The notes beneath the pieces were generated by a model, which was not told the origin of the DNA, did no database searches, and was given only the letters and a program-made list of their open reading frames with translations. This document shows, piece by piece, positions 9,629 through 19,589 of a DNA stretch of 64,000 nucleotides. The translations under genes and the position numbers were made by a program. Source of the stretch: an uncultured bacterium (GTDB lineage: Bacteria; UBP4; UBA4092); the NCBI GenBank assembly GCA_963768165.1, contig CAVYHJ010000002.1, forward strand, positions 128,676 through 192,675, given 5' to 3'. Each line of letters starts with the position of its first letter. Positions within the stretch are counted from its first letter, which is position 1.

Positions 9629-10945
9629 TTATTTTTTTTCTGTTGAGTCAAACAAGGTTGGCTGGGATTCCGGTTCTGATTTGAATTTTCGGATTCCCTG
9701 TAGTGGCATTTTTTCAATATAAAGGCTTCGAGTCGGATAAGCAATTTCAATATTTTCTTCTTTAAACCGCTGTATCATTGCTTTCAAAAACTCATGCTTC
9801 AAGAGATATTGTGCCTGGAAATCCGTCACCGATAATATCACCCGGAAATTAATATTCGAATCACCCAAGGTATGAAACCGGACAATAGGTTCGAAATCCT
9901 TTTTCCCACCTGCTATACGGTTTTGCACTTCTTTCGCCACTTCAATGGATATTTTCTCGACTTTTACCAAATCGGAATTATATCCGACTCCGCATTCTAC
10001 AGGCACACGAGTCTCCGAACTCGGTAAATGACAATTGATAATGATACTCTGCGCCAATCGCGCATTAGGTATCACTATCACATTATTGGCGGTGCCTCGA
10101 ATCCTAGTACTCCGCCATCCCACTTGTTCAATAAATCCCTCTTGCCCGGTCTCTAATTTTACGAAATCTCCGAATCGAACCGGTTTGTCCATCATGATAT
10201 AAAATCCGGAAAAGAAATTCGATAACGTATCCTGCAATCCGAGTGCTACCGCCAATCCACCAATTCCCAAACTGGTTATTAACCAAGTAATCTTGTACCC
10301 AAATTGGTCCAGTATAAGAATAAAAGCAGTTACCCAAATGATAATACTTAATGTTTTCCGAATGACCGGAAAAAATTGTGTGTCTATGGGAGATTGTGTC
10401 CGGCTGGCAGCAGTTTCCGCATACCATTCCAGGGAGATTCGAACAATCCGGGAAACAATAAATGCGCCTATTACAGTTAGTAACCCGATATAAAAAAGGT
10501 TAATGATCGAATTATATCGGGGCGGAATATTCATCCACTCCAACGTAATCCATAATCCGAATGAAAAGAGAACCAAACTAATGGGAGTGCGCAATTCCAA
10601 GACCAGTTTATCGTTGAATTGCCTGGAAGTATTTCGTGACAATCTCAATAATAGTTTGACACCATATAATCGAAATAACCAGAATACCAGCCAGGACGCA
10701 ACAATGATTAATATGGAAACTAGCGATTCCGACAACCAAAATGGCATCTTGGTTTCTTTAGAAACTTCTTTCACAACTTTCAAGTCGGTCGAATTTGCCG
10801 TTATCAGTCGAATCGGTTTTTGTGTACCGGTGGTTACTGTGTAAGTAGATGTAGAAGAGGTGCTTTTATTCTTTACGGCTAATGCAAAAGAAAACAATAA
10901 TACAATAGTTAGGAAAACTGAAATAAATTTTGAATTTATAAACAT
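9629..10945 (-). CDS. Mechanosensitive ion channel family protein (MscS-like).
   Basis: Signal/TM N-terminus, multiple TMs, and the conserved MscS pore and beta-domain region (LGIGGLAVALGLQDTLSNFFSGFYIMMDKPVRFGDFV). Confidence 0.8.
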   Translation of the reverse strand: MFINSKFISVFLTIVLLFSFALAVKNKSTSSTSTYTVTTGTQKPIRLITANSTDLKVVKEVSKETKMPFWLSESLVSILIIVASWLVFWLFRLYGVKLLLRLSRNTSRQFNDKLVLELRTPISLVLFSFGLWITLEWMNIPPRYNSIINLFYIGLLTVIGAFIVSRIVRISLEWYAETAASRTQSPIDTQFFPVIRKTLSIIIWVTAFILILDQFGYKITWLITSLGIGGLAVALGLQDTLSNFFSGFYIMMDKPVRFGDFVKLETGQEGFIEQVGWRSTRIRGTANNVIVIPNARLAQSIIINCHLPSSETRVPVECGVGYNSDLVKVEKISIEVAKEVQNRIAGGKKDFEPIVRFHTLGDSNINFRVILSVTDFQAQYLLKHEFLKAMIQRFKEENIEIAYPTRSLYIEKMPLQGIRKFKSEPESQPTLFDSTEKK

Positions 10946-10993
10946 GTTTTTCTTCTATTAATATAATTTATAATTTAAAACTCAAAATTATAT

Positions 10994-11674
10994 TTACATT
11001 CTTGATAGCAAATCCCGTTTTTTAGTTTCAAACTCTTCCGGTGTCAAAACTCCTGAATCCCGCAACTGTCCCAATTTCTGCAATAGCGCTGGAATATCCT
11101 GCGTACCGGCCAAAGAATCATCCGGGGATGCGGTCGTTACATAAATCGGCTTGGATTTGATGGCTTGCTGTTGAGCGATAACCACATTCTTAAATCCCAC
11201 GGGGTTCGGGATATATCGAAAAAGAGTCGTCCCTTCTTTACTAGCGGTCTCCAATCCCACATTCCCGTAATTCCACATTCTGCCCCACACCGTCTGGTCA
11301 TGGAATACATTGTTGATTTTCTCCAATGGCGCATCAAACGAAGATTTGGAAAAGACTCCCTGCTGTTTCACAATCCGAAAATTCGTTACAATATATTCCT
11401 CATGCGCCCGCGCTATCAGCCTCCAGCAAAACCGTACATAACCGGGTATCAAAAAAAGTAATAACAGATACCCCAAGGATTGTTGCCAGTGCAAAGCAAT
11501 ATAAAAAGCAAGCGTACCAAAAATTACCGTGCTGACCAATGCCCCCAAAAACGGGCGCATCAATATTACCCAGTGCTGGTTCACTTGCAATACAATTTTT
11601 TCGTTGGATTGTAATTGGTCTTCGCGAAAACTCATTGTCCTTGTGAATATACGGGAATCCCCACATTTCGTCAA
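10994..11674 (-). CDS. Membrane protein with a bacterial PH (bPH_2/YdbT-like) domain and a C-terminal SHOCT motif.
   Basis: Two TM helices followed by a bPH_2-like region, and a C-terminal LLQKLGQLRDSGVLTPEEFETKKRDLLSRM typical of SHOCT. Confidence 0.5.
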   Translation of the reverse strand: MTKCGDSRIFTRTMSFREDQLQSNEKIVLQVNQHWVILMRPFLGALVSTVIFGTLAFYIALHWQQSLGYLLLLFLIPGYVRFCWRLIARAHEEYIVTNFRIVKQQGVFSKSSFDAPLEKINNVFHDQTVWGRMWNYGNVGLETASKEGTTLFRYIPNPVGFKNVVIAQQQAIKSKPIYVTTASPDDSLAGTQDIPALLQKLGQLRDSGVLTPEEFETKKRDLLSRM

Positions 11675-11857
11675 GTTGGAATACAGTGTAGCGACGTCCC
11701 CGGGAGTGGTGATTTTTAGCGGGACGTCTCAACCATGAGTCAACTAATTATGTTTTTGAGAAGTAATTTATTCGCAGTTTGTAAGCTGGCAATAAAGAAC
11801 GGATTGACCGATTGATTCAGTTATGTAATACTATCAGGTTCCCAATTTAATAAAATT

Positions 11858-14800
11858 ATGGCTAGAAAATCCTTAAACAAAGAACAACGACGGTATATCC
11901 GTTTGAATTATAAGTCTATGTCGCTTAGCGACATGAGCAAACAATTAAAATGTGATATTCGGGATATTCAGGACGCACTCCGCGAAATGGAACTGCTCGA
12001 TGAAGAGCCCGTCCATAAAGCATTACCTTTACGCAAAGTCCATAAAATTGATGTCTTGTGGGGAATCCCTTGTTTTCTAATCCCAACCATTGTCTATACA
12101 ATGACCTTATGCCGGACATTGTATGTCGGCGATTCCGGTGAATTCTCCGCGCAGGGCAGTGTCTTGGGAATTGCCCACCCCCCCGGATATCCCATGTGGG
12201 TATTGTTACTGAAATGTGCGGTTACCTTATTTAAATTTTTCCCCCATGAAGCGGGGCGTGGAGCTTTCTTATGCGCCATTGTCGCCGGGCTCTCCACTTT
12301 TTTCCTGTATATCCTGCTATTAAAATTATCCCATTACCGCACGATTGCCATGATGGGTTCATTGCTCTTTGCCTTTTGTTACCATTTCTGGTCGCAAGCC
12401 CTGTTTTCCGAAGTGTTTATTTTAAACGTATTTTTTACCGTAGTCACCATGCTCTTGATGCTCTTGTGGAGCGAAACACAGGAACCCAGATATTTCCTGG
12501 CATTCTATTTCGTCACCGCCATGGCGATGGCCCATCATAACTTATTTTTAGTCATGCCCTTGCTCTATTCCTACTTTATTGTCTGTACTCTATTCCCTCG
12601 ATGGGATGTTAAAAAAGAATTTTATTATCTGTTGATTTACGGGGTGGTTGGAATAGTCATGTATTTTATCTCTATACAACTTGTCAGTCTCATTCTCCCT
12701 TCTATTATTCATGAACCCTGGTCGAATACGGATACTTTTACTACCAAATTCACTCTGGCTTTTTTAACCTTTGTTCCCTATACCCTGGCATTTTACTGGT
12801 GGCATAAACGGGACAAGATTGTAATTTATGCCACTTTGATGTTTATTCTCGGGTTGGGGATGTATCTCTATTTACCCATGCGAATATTAAGTAATCCCAG
12901 TATGAGTTGGGGTAGTCCGCACACAGTCTATGATTTATATAATCATATCTCCCGCCGGCAATACGGGCCTTTAAGTCCCATCCCGCGGGTATGGCCATTT
13001 GGCCAGGAAACTGGAACCAACCCTTTGGGACGATTTTCCATCTTCGGTCCCCCGGACATTGTTAAAGAACAATTCTGCGAATACTGGGTTGATTTCTTCC
13101 GCCAGTTTGGTTCCTATTGGGATCATTATGCACCCGGTTCGGTTTTAGCGCATTTTAATCATCAATTAAAACCCCCGGAAGGATTCCCCCACGGTGGGAA
13201 ATTGGTTCTCATGGGACTCTGGACACTTACCTGGGTGGTCTTGTTATTTTTAGGCATCTGGCGAATTCTCCGGCAGAACGGAAAATATTTTATGTTAACC
13301 CTTATGGCCTTCTTATTCTACGGGCCGGGAATGTTAGCGGTGTTAAATTATCAAACTACCAACCACTCCATGTACATCATCGCACGTTTCCTTATTCCAA
13401 GTTATCTTATAGCCTCCATCTGGATTGCTTTTGGAGCGCAACAGGTCATGGAATGGTTTAAATACGGGTTCCAGATTACGGGATTACCGACTATTCCGGA
13501 TATTCCGTCTACTTCTGACTCCTCATCTCCCAATGGACAGAAGAATATTTTGCCTCCATCTGTTCCTTCCAAGGAATCAAAATATCCCATCGTTCTACGG
13601 TACGCAGGATGCGCCTTGATATTAGCCATGCCGATTGTTCCCTTAAAAATGAACTATTGGCATCAGAATTTAAGCAAAAATCAAGTGGCGTATGATTTTG
13701 GATTAAATATCTTAAATTCTATTACACCATCGAATGCACCGCTGATTACAGCTTCATACACTCCGCCTACTCCACCGGATTCAAAAATATTTATCATCGG
13801 TGACAATCCGACCTTTGCATTAGCTTATCTCTGCTATGTCGAACATAAATTCCCTGCGGATCAAGTGTACGATGAAGGAGAAAATCTATTTGTTATGATC
13901 CATGACTTCGGAAAAGATAAATTTCGTTTTTCGCCGGATGACCATGCCCGATTAAAAGATATTGGCCGGGCACGAGTGACCATGACCTCCACGACCCCTG
14001 TATTTTATATGAGCGTCCAGAATCCCGCTCCTCCGGCAAGCGATCCGGAGCGCTATAAAGATTACCCGAATTATCCTAAAATTCAACAAGTCCCGTCGGG
14101 AATTGTCTACCGCGTCCTGCGGCCTGGGGAACCTTCACCTGACTATGACGCCATTCTTAGCAAGATGATTGATTTGGACCCATTTTTTTATAACATGGCA
14201 ACGGATTATTACACCCGTGAATTGGTCTCCAATTATCATTTCTTGATGGGAAGAGCCTATTATCAGTTGTATCAGCAGTCAACTGACCCAGTAAAAAAGA
14301 AAGATTATCATGATAAAGCCTATTATCAATTCAAGAAAGTCAGCGAAACCGGTTGGGACTTGGATAATATGCACATTAACCTCGCCATGATGTATCGCCA
14401 GGAAAATCGTAATGACGAAGCTATGGAAGAATATAAGATGGCATTAGAGACCCAACCCCGCAAAGCCTTAATCTATTTCCAGATGGCGGATTTATATCGT
14501 GCTTCGGGTAAAACGGATTTGGCGATTGAAAAATTGAAGAAAGGGATTACCCTGGGAATCTATGATACTGATGCCTACGATCCCAGTGCCTACTATATGC
14601 TGGGTTCGTTGGAAATGGAAAAGGCCTCCAAGATTCTCAACAACCGACCCCTCACCGCCCTGACAGACGCCGAACGGACTCAACGGGACAACTTACTCAG
14701 CGATGCCATCAACTATTTAAACACCTGTATCTCTTTGGCTCCAAATTCGGTTCAAGGGTATCAATTTTTGGGAGAAGCCTATTATTTCCGGGGACAGTTT

Positions 14801-15028
14801 GATGATGCCGTGGGAATGTGGCAACATGCGGTTCAACTCAATGATAAATTCTATCCTGCTCTCATGGACCTGTTTTTCTATTATCGGGATCGTGCAAAAA
14901 ATATGCAAAAAGCTCAAGAATATTATACCCGCGCTATGCAAGCCATGGCCGCGTCAGGAGTGAATCCGCAACAAATGATGGGGCAACTACCGCCACAACA
15001 GGCAATACAATCGCCTCCTAAAAAATAA
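11858..15028 (+). CDS. Large integral membrane protein: a DUF2723/TMEM260-like GT-C-fold putative glycosyltransferase with C-terminal TPR repeats.
   Basis: 1056 aa with more than 10 TM helices in the N-terminal half. A conserved YVGDSGEF acidic loop is typical of DUF2723/GT-C. The C-terminal third contains about 6 TPR-like repeats. Confidence 0.55.
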   Translation: MARKSLNKEQRRYIRLNYKSMSLSDMSKQLKCDIRDIQDALREMELLDEEPVHKALPLRKVHKIDVLWGIPCFLIPTIVYTMTLCRTLYVGDSGEFSAQGSVLGIAHPPGYPMWVLLLKCAVTLFKFFPHEAGRGAFLCAIVAGLSTFFLYILLLKLSHYRTIAMMGSLLFAFCYHFWSQALFSEVFILNVFFTVVTMLLMLLWSETQEPRYFLAFYFVTAMAMAHHNLFLVMPLLYSYFIVCTLFPRWDVKKEFYYLLIYGVVGIVMYFISIQLVSLILPSIIHEPWSNTDTFTTKFTLAFLTFVPYTLAFYWWHKRDKIVIYATLMFILGLGMYLYLPMRILSNPSMSWGSPHTVYDLYNHISRRQYGPLSPIPRVWPFGQETGTNPLGRFSIFGPPDIVKEQFCEYWVDFFRQFGSYWDHYAPGSVLAHFNHQLKPPEGFPHGGKLVLMGLWTLTWVVLLFLGIWRILRQNGKYFMLTLMAFLFYGPGMLAVLNYQTTNHSMYIIARFLIPSYLIASIWIAFGAQQVMEWFKYGFQITGLPTIPDIPSTSDSSSPNGQKNILPPSVPSKESKYPIVLRYAGCALILAMPIVPLKMNYWHQNLSKNQVAYDFGLNILNSITPSNAPLITASYTPPTPPDSKIFIIGDNPTFALAYLCYVEHKFPADQVYDEGENLFVMIHDFGKDKFRFSPDDHARLKDIGRARVTMTSTTPVFYMSVQNPAPPASDPERYKDYPNYPKIQQVPSGIVYRVLRPGEPSPDYDAILSKMIDLDPFFYNMATDYYTRELVSNYHFLMGRAYYQLYQQSTDPVKKKDYHDKAYYQFKKVSETGWDLDNMHINLAMMYRQENRNDEAMEEYKMALETQPRKALIYFQMADLYRASGKTDLAIEKLKKGITLGIYDTDAYDPSAYYMLGSLEMEKASKILNNRPLTALTDAERTQRDNLLSDAINYLNTCISLAPNSVQGYQFLGEAYYFRGQFDDAVGMWQHAVQLNDKFYPALMDLFFYYRDRAKNMQKAQEYYTRAMQAMAASGVNPQQMMGQLPPQQAIQSPPKK

Positions 15029-15034
15029 ATTTTC

Positions 15035-15811
15035 TCAAACAACACTTAACAAAAATGCAGTGATAGGATAACACAATGCGTAAAATCCCCATTTCCGATT
15101 TCTTCCTCTCAAAAAAATGGGTGAATGGGCGGTAATCGTACGACATTCCTTTAATAGCAATTCCTTCTTCCCCTTTTCTCCCAGACGGTCGCAAACCAGC
15201 GCCAATTTAAAATATGATTCTGCTAATGATGAATTGGCAGAGATAGCCTGCTCATACCAATAACGCGCTTGTTTTAAATCTTTTATTTTTAAGTAACAAT
15301 TTCCCATTCCCAATTGCACATCCCCATATCCTGTCATGGGATTCAAGCGGAGCGTTTCTTGATAAGCGTCAAGAGCTTCCCGATACCTTTTCCTATGCGA
15401 CAGAGTATTGGCAAGAGCAAGATGATAATCGGATATTGAATGTTCAATAGATATAGCCTCCCGGAAATATCGTTCCGCTTCTCGATAATTTTTCCCCTTC
15501 AGATAAATCAATCCCAATTGATACCGCGCATCCGCGTTTTGCGGATTCAACAACGCGCTTTGTTGAGAACGGAGATACGATTGTTTCCGGTTCATCATCC
15601 AAATCCGATCTTTCACCAATGGAATGATAATAAAAATAATGATGATCCATCCCCAAATACTGAATAACAGGTGAAAAACCATACTAAAAATAAATCCAAA
15701 GATAACCAGAAATATCATCACAAACCAGGGTACGGCTTCTTCCCGGGATTGTGCCATAACAGGGGAAACAAGCAAAATAAACAATCCAATTTTAAAAACT
15801 GTTTTATGCAT
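15035..15811 (-). CDS. TPR repeat membrane protein.
   Basis: An N-terminal signal/TM segment followed by about 4 TPR motifs (YQLGLIYLKGKNYREAERYFREAI and similar). Confidence 0.6.
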   Translation of the reverse strand: MHKTVFKIGLFILLVSPVMAQSREEAVPWFVMIFLVIFGFIFSMVFHLLFSIWGWIIIIFIIIPLVKDRIWMMNRKQSYLRSQQSALLNPQNADARYQLGLIYLKGKNYREAERYFREAISIEHSISDYHLALANTLSHRKRYREALDAYQETLRLNPMTGYGDVQLGMGNCYLKIKDLKQARYWYEQAISANSSLAESYFKLALVCDRLGEKGKKELLLKECRTITAHSPIFLRGRNRKWGFYALCYPITAFLLSVV

Positions 15812-15849
15812 AGGCTGGTAACACGAAATATACTCTAATTTGGAAGAAC

Positions 15850-16821
15850 CTAATCGGAAAGCTGGTCTGCCCGAAGGACACGCACTGTCCCGCTTATAGC
15901 CCCGTCGGCGTGGTCAAGTTCTTTTCCCAAAACATCCTTTCCTTTATAGGTCATGAAAGTATTGGGAATATCCCCCCACGTATTATTAAAGCGAAAATAA
16001 ATCTGTGATACCGGTATTTTCCCTGTAGCTTGGAATTCCAGGGTACCCAGTTTCCCCGATAAAATCTTCCTTTCGTTTTGTGCTTTCAACCGGATAAAGA
16101 GTTCTCCCGTGGAGATATGGCTGAAAGAGGTCACTTGGGTCCAACCGGAGAATGGAGCGGATTCCAATTCAAATGGCACTCCTTCTGTTGCGCCCGATAA
16201 GGTCACGGCTTTAGGATTATATTGAATCCAGAGTCCCAAATCATCCGCATTAACCCCCTTGGGGTTATCCAGTACGATGCTTAATTGAAACGGTTTCGTC
16301 GGACTTACACGGCTCGATAAAGGCGCGAAATATAAAACCGAATTGGCCGTCGGTACTCCGTTGAGAAAATCTGGGGGAGTAGAGAGTTTAGAAGCACCCG
16401 TCGTGGAAGTGCTATTAGCAACAATAAATTCTCGATTCACTGTGACGTCAAAATCTTTTTCCTCCCCATCCCGCACTCTTTTCACATTAAAATTAATTCC
16501 TGTTCCTTCCGGCCCTCGAATTTTATTTACCACATCACTGGATTGCATCTCAGATACCGGTTGCCCATTTATTTGGGTAATCAAATCTCCTGCCTGGAGT
16601 CCTGCTTTTTCCGCCGGACTCCCGGGAATTACGGAGACTACATGGGCATTTCCTTCCTGAACAGTTATTTGCAATCCGACACCACCGAATCCATTTTGAT
16701 CTTCGCCATCCGCTATCGCATGGGTAAAGAAACATGGATTTGCCACAACACAGAACACAATACTTAGTTTCCAAATATATCTCATGAGCATAAATACTAA
16801 CCTTGTATGATTCTCTATCAA
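15850..16821 (-). CDS. Secreted PDZ domain protein.
   Basis: Signal peptide and the PDZ signature VVSVIPGSPAEKAGLQAGDLITQINGQPV. The C-terminal beta-rich domain is unknown. Confidence 0.6.
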   Translation of the reverse strand: MIENHTRLVFMLMRYIWKLSIVFCVVANPCFFTHAIADGEDQNGFGGVGLQITVQEGNAHVVSVIPGSPAEKAGLQAGDLITQINGQPVSEMQSSDVVNKIRGPEGTGINFNVKRVRDGEEKDFDVTVNREFIVANSTSTTGASKLSTPPDFLNGVPTANSVLYFAPLSSRVSPTKPFQLSIVLDNPKGVNADDLGLWIQYNPKAVTLSGATEGVPFELESAPFSGWTQVTSFSHISTGELFIRLKAQNERKILSGKLGTLEFQATGKIPVSQIYFRFNNTWGDIPNTFMTYKGKDVLGKELDHADGAISGTVRVLRADQLSD

Positions 16822-16905
16822 AGTCTAAATTATTGCAAGAGTCTGTGAACCGTATCCTGTCTCTGGACGATACTTCCATTCTCAGGTATTATTAAAACCC
16901 GTTCG

Positions 16906-17622
16906 ATGTGTAATGATATGCCGACTTTAGTCATTGTTCCAACATATAACGAAAAACAAAATATCATCAATCTGATGGAGAAAATTTTAAACCTTTCTCC
17001 GGAGATAGATGTTTTGGTGGTGGATGATAATTCCCCTGACGGGACGGGTCAATTGCTAGATGATGCCATAAAGTCTTATTCACGCCTCCATATTCTGCAT
17101 CGTGCCGCCAAGTTGGGTTTGGGAACGGCGTACAAAGCGGGTTTTCAATATGCCTTACAAAACAATTATGACCGGGCTATTACGATGGATGCAGATTTTT
17201 CTCATAACCCTAAATATATCCCAGCGTTGATTGAGAATAATAATACGTATCATGTCTCCATTGGTTCCCGCTATGTTCCCAGTGGTGGTACGGTGAATTG
17301 GGGGGCCCATCGCAAACTCGTCAGTTCCACGGCGAATTTCCTGGCACGATTTTTACTGGGTCTAAAAACCCACGATTGTACTGCCGGTTTCCGCTGTTAT
17401 CGCAAGGAAGTCCTTCAGACAATTGACCTGGACAATATCAAATCCAACGGCTATTCTTTTCTGGTCGAAATGCTCTTTGGTTGTGTCGGGCACGGTTTTA
17501 CTGTTGGAGAAATTCCCATTATATTCGAAAACCGTGTGGCGGGAAAATCCAAAATATCCAAGAAAGAAATTTTTACCGCCATCCTTACCTTATTCCGCCT
17601 CTCTTTTCGGAAAGCCAAATAA
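16906..17622 (+). CDS. GT2 polyprenol-phosphate glycosyltransferase (dolichol-phosphate mannosyltransferase / Ppm1-like).
   Basis: LVIVPTYNE...VVDDNSPDGT...DADFSH (DXD and related motifs) is typical of the Dpm1/ArnC family. It lacks a C-terminal TM. Confidence 0.8.
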   Translation: MCNDMPTLVIVPTYNEKQNIINLMEKILNLSPEIDVLVVDDNSPDGTGQLLDDAIKSYSRLHILHRAAKLGLGTAYKAGFQYALQNNYDRAITMDADFSHNPKYIPALIENNNTYHVSIGSRYVPSGGTVNWGAHRKLVSSTANFLARFLLGLKTHDCTAGFRCYRKEVLQTIDLDNIKSNGYSFLVEMLFGCVGHGFTVGEIPIIFENRVAGKSKISKKEIFTAILTLFRLSFRKAK

Positions 17623-17625
17623 TTT

Positions 17626-19116
17626 ATGAAACTTCCCAAGACATTTTCGTTAGCTGTTTTCTTTTTTTACTTTACTATTTTCACTTTCTTCATGTCCGGT
17701 CATTTGTATTCCCCGGATGAAGAAATTATGTACCGAACCACCGAATCCATCGCTCATTTCCACGGGTTCGCTATTCAACCCATGACTTCGCAAGGCGATA
17801 GGTTCACCGACATCGGCAAGGACGGAAAATACTACGGACATTACGGTTTAGGGCAATCCCTTCTTGCCGTACCGTTATACTATATCGGGACATTGATTTC
17901 TAAAATTCTCCCTAGTGAATGGAACTCGGTGTTTCGAACCAATACCATTCAATATCATCCCATGACTTGGAATGAGAACGTCCGTCGACTCGCCGTCTCA
18001 CGTTTTGGTCAATTCACCACGGCGCTCACCTGTCTGCTCTTATTGCATATCGGTTTATCATTAGGTTATTCTCTACGAAATTCCTTTTTTCTTTCCTTTA
18101 TCTATGGTCTTGCCACCATTGCGTTTCCTTTTTCCAAAACCTTTTATTCTGAGCCAACGACAACTCTTTTGCTTCTCCTGGCATTTTATTGTTTGATTCG
18201 ATATCGCACATCCCATCGGAATAGTCTGCTCGTCTGGACAGGCGCTCTGGCAGGCTACGCCCTTTTAACCCGCATGGATACCATCATCACCCTCCCCATT
18301 TTTCTGATTTATCTACTGCGGACTCACTCTGAAAAGTCAAAATCTACAATCTACAATCTACAATCTACAATTTCCTTCCTTCTCCCTTTTGCCTTTTTCT
18401 GTCTACTCGCCGGTTTATTTAACTATGTCCGCTTCGGCTCTTTCACCCACACCGGCTATGAATCGGAAGGGCTAACCTTCTCCTATCCTTTTCTCGACGG
18501 TCTCTACGGGTTACTCATGAGCGCGGGTAAGAGTATTTTCATTTATTCCCCACCCATACTCTTATTCTTTCCTGCGATTAAGAAATTCTGGCAGACCCAT
18601 AAAGAAGAAGCCATTTTCTGCTGTGGTATCCCCGTTATATACCTTCTCTTTTATTCCAAATGGGAATCCTGGGCGGGTGGTTGGACCTGGGGAGCGCGTC
18701 ACGTATTTCAAATCCACGCCTTCTTGCTAATCCCTGTATTGGCTTTGTTGGAAGACTACTTTAAAAAACCATCCAAGATATTTTGGGCAACCATCGCATT
18801 TATTATAGGACTGGGTATTTTTGTCCAAGTACCGGGGATTCTCGTCAGTTTCATGGATTACAATTTCTGGTTTCTACAGCACAAGGAACTCTATTACACC
18901 CTCTATTTCCCGATTCACTCCTCCCTCGCCGGTCACTGGCAGATTCTGACACAGGATACCGTAGACTTATTTTTCTATCGTCTTGTGATCTCCGATTTGC
19001 CGATTTTCGCCCGCTTGTTTTTCCTACTCCCTCTTTTTGTATTTTTTATGACAGGATATTTCATCCTTAAACAGATTCAATGTAATATTCCACTTGCATT
19101 TGACAAATTCAAATAA
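17626..19116 (+). CDS. GT-C fold membrane glycosyltransferase (PMT/ArnT-like). It forms an operon with the upstream Dpm1-like gene.
   Basis: 496 aa with about 11 TM helices and an N-terminal acidic loop SPDEE characteristic of GT-C. A 3-bp gap after the GT2 gene suggests translational coupling. Confidence 0.5.
   Translation: MKLPKTFSLAVFFFYFTIFTFFMSGHLYSPDEEIMYRTTESIAHFHGFAIQPMTSQGDRFTDIGKDGKYYGHYGLGQSLLAVPLYYIGTLISKILPSEWNSVFRTNTIQYHPMTWNENVRRLAVSRFGQFTTALTCLLLLHIGLSLGYSLRNSFFLSFIYGLATIAFPFSKTFYSEPTTTLLLLLAFYCLIRYRTSHRNSLLVWTGALAGYALLTRMDTIITLPIFLIYLLRTHSEKSKSTIYNLQSTISFLLPFAFFCLLAGLFNYVRFGSFTHTGYESEGLTFSYPFLDGLYGLLMSAGKSIFIYSPPILLFFPAIKKFWQTHKEEAIFCCGIPVIYLLFYSKWESWAGGWTWGARHVFQIHAFLLIPVLALLEDYFKKPSKIFWATIAFIIGLGIFVQVPGILVSFMDYNFWFLQHKELYYTLYFPIHSSLAGHWQILTQDTVDLFFYRLVISDLPIFARLFFLLPLFVFFMTGYFILKQIQCNIPLAFDKFK
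18341..18368 (+). repeat. Heptanucleotide tandem repeat (AATCTAC)x4 inside the GT-C glycosyltransferase CDS.
   Basis: Four perfect 7-bp units, read directly, encoding KSTIYNLQSTI. The unit length is not a multiple of 3, so copy-number change would shift the frame. Confidence 0.85.
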
Positions 19117-19120
19117 ATCC

Positions 19121-19237
19121 TATATAGATGTACCAATTAAAACTCGTGTACACTCATACAATAATTCTCTCCAAAAGGTAAATAATATTCCATTACCATT
19201 GGTATATACCTAGGATTTATATGGTTCGTCTATAGAA
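19121..19237. repeat. Copy A of a direct repeat of about 115-140 bp upstream of the cysteine peptidase gene. It is bounded by TCTATAGA-like palindromes.
   Basis: It matches 19398-19536 in blocks (ACCAATTAAAACT.GTG, CTCAT.CAATAATT.TCTCCAAAA.G, TATATACC.AGGATTTATATGGTT.GTCTATAGA). Confidence 0.7.
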
Positions 19238-19397
19238 GTTATACGATTGGGGTAACATTATTGTGTAACTCCAAATAAACAAAAGTGCTGTATAAAGCAT
19301 TGATTTTGTCATGTTTATATTTTTGTATTTGTTCTATCCATTTTGTTTTCAGTAATCTATAAGAAATCCGATAAATTGGGTATGCCTATTGCGGTAT

Positions 19398-19536
19398 ATC
19401 TATAGATGAACCAATTAAAACTTGTGGATGCTCATGCAATAATTTTTCTCCAAAAAGAGAAAAATAAACTATAGATTTCATTGGAGACAATTATTTGTTA
19501 GTATATACCAAGGATTTATATGGTTTGTCTATAGAT
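19398..19536. repeat. Copy B of the upstream direct repeat. It contains an internal insertion of about 25 bp relative to copy A.
   Basis: See copy A. Confidence 0.7.
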
Positions 19537-19589
19537 TCTAATTATTAATATGAAATTGTAAAGCGAAAACTAAATAAAGGGGACATACC

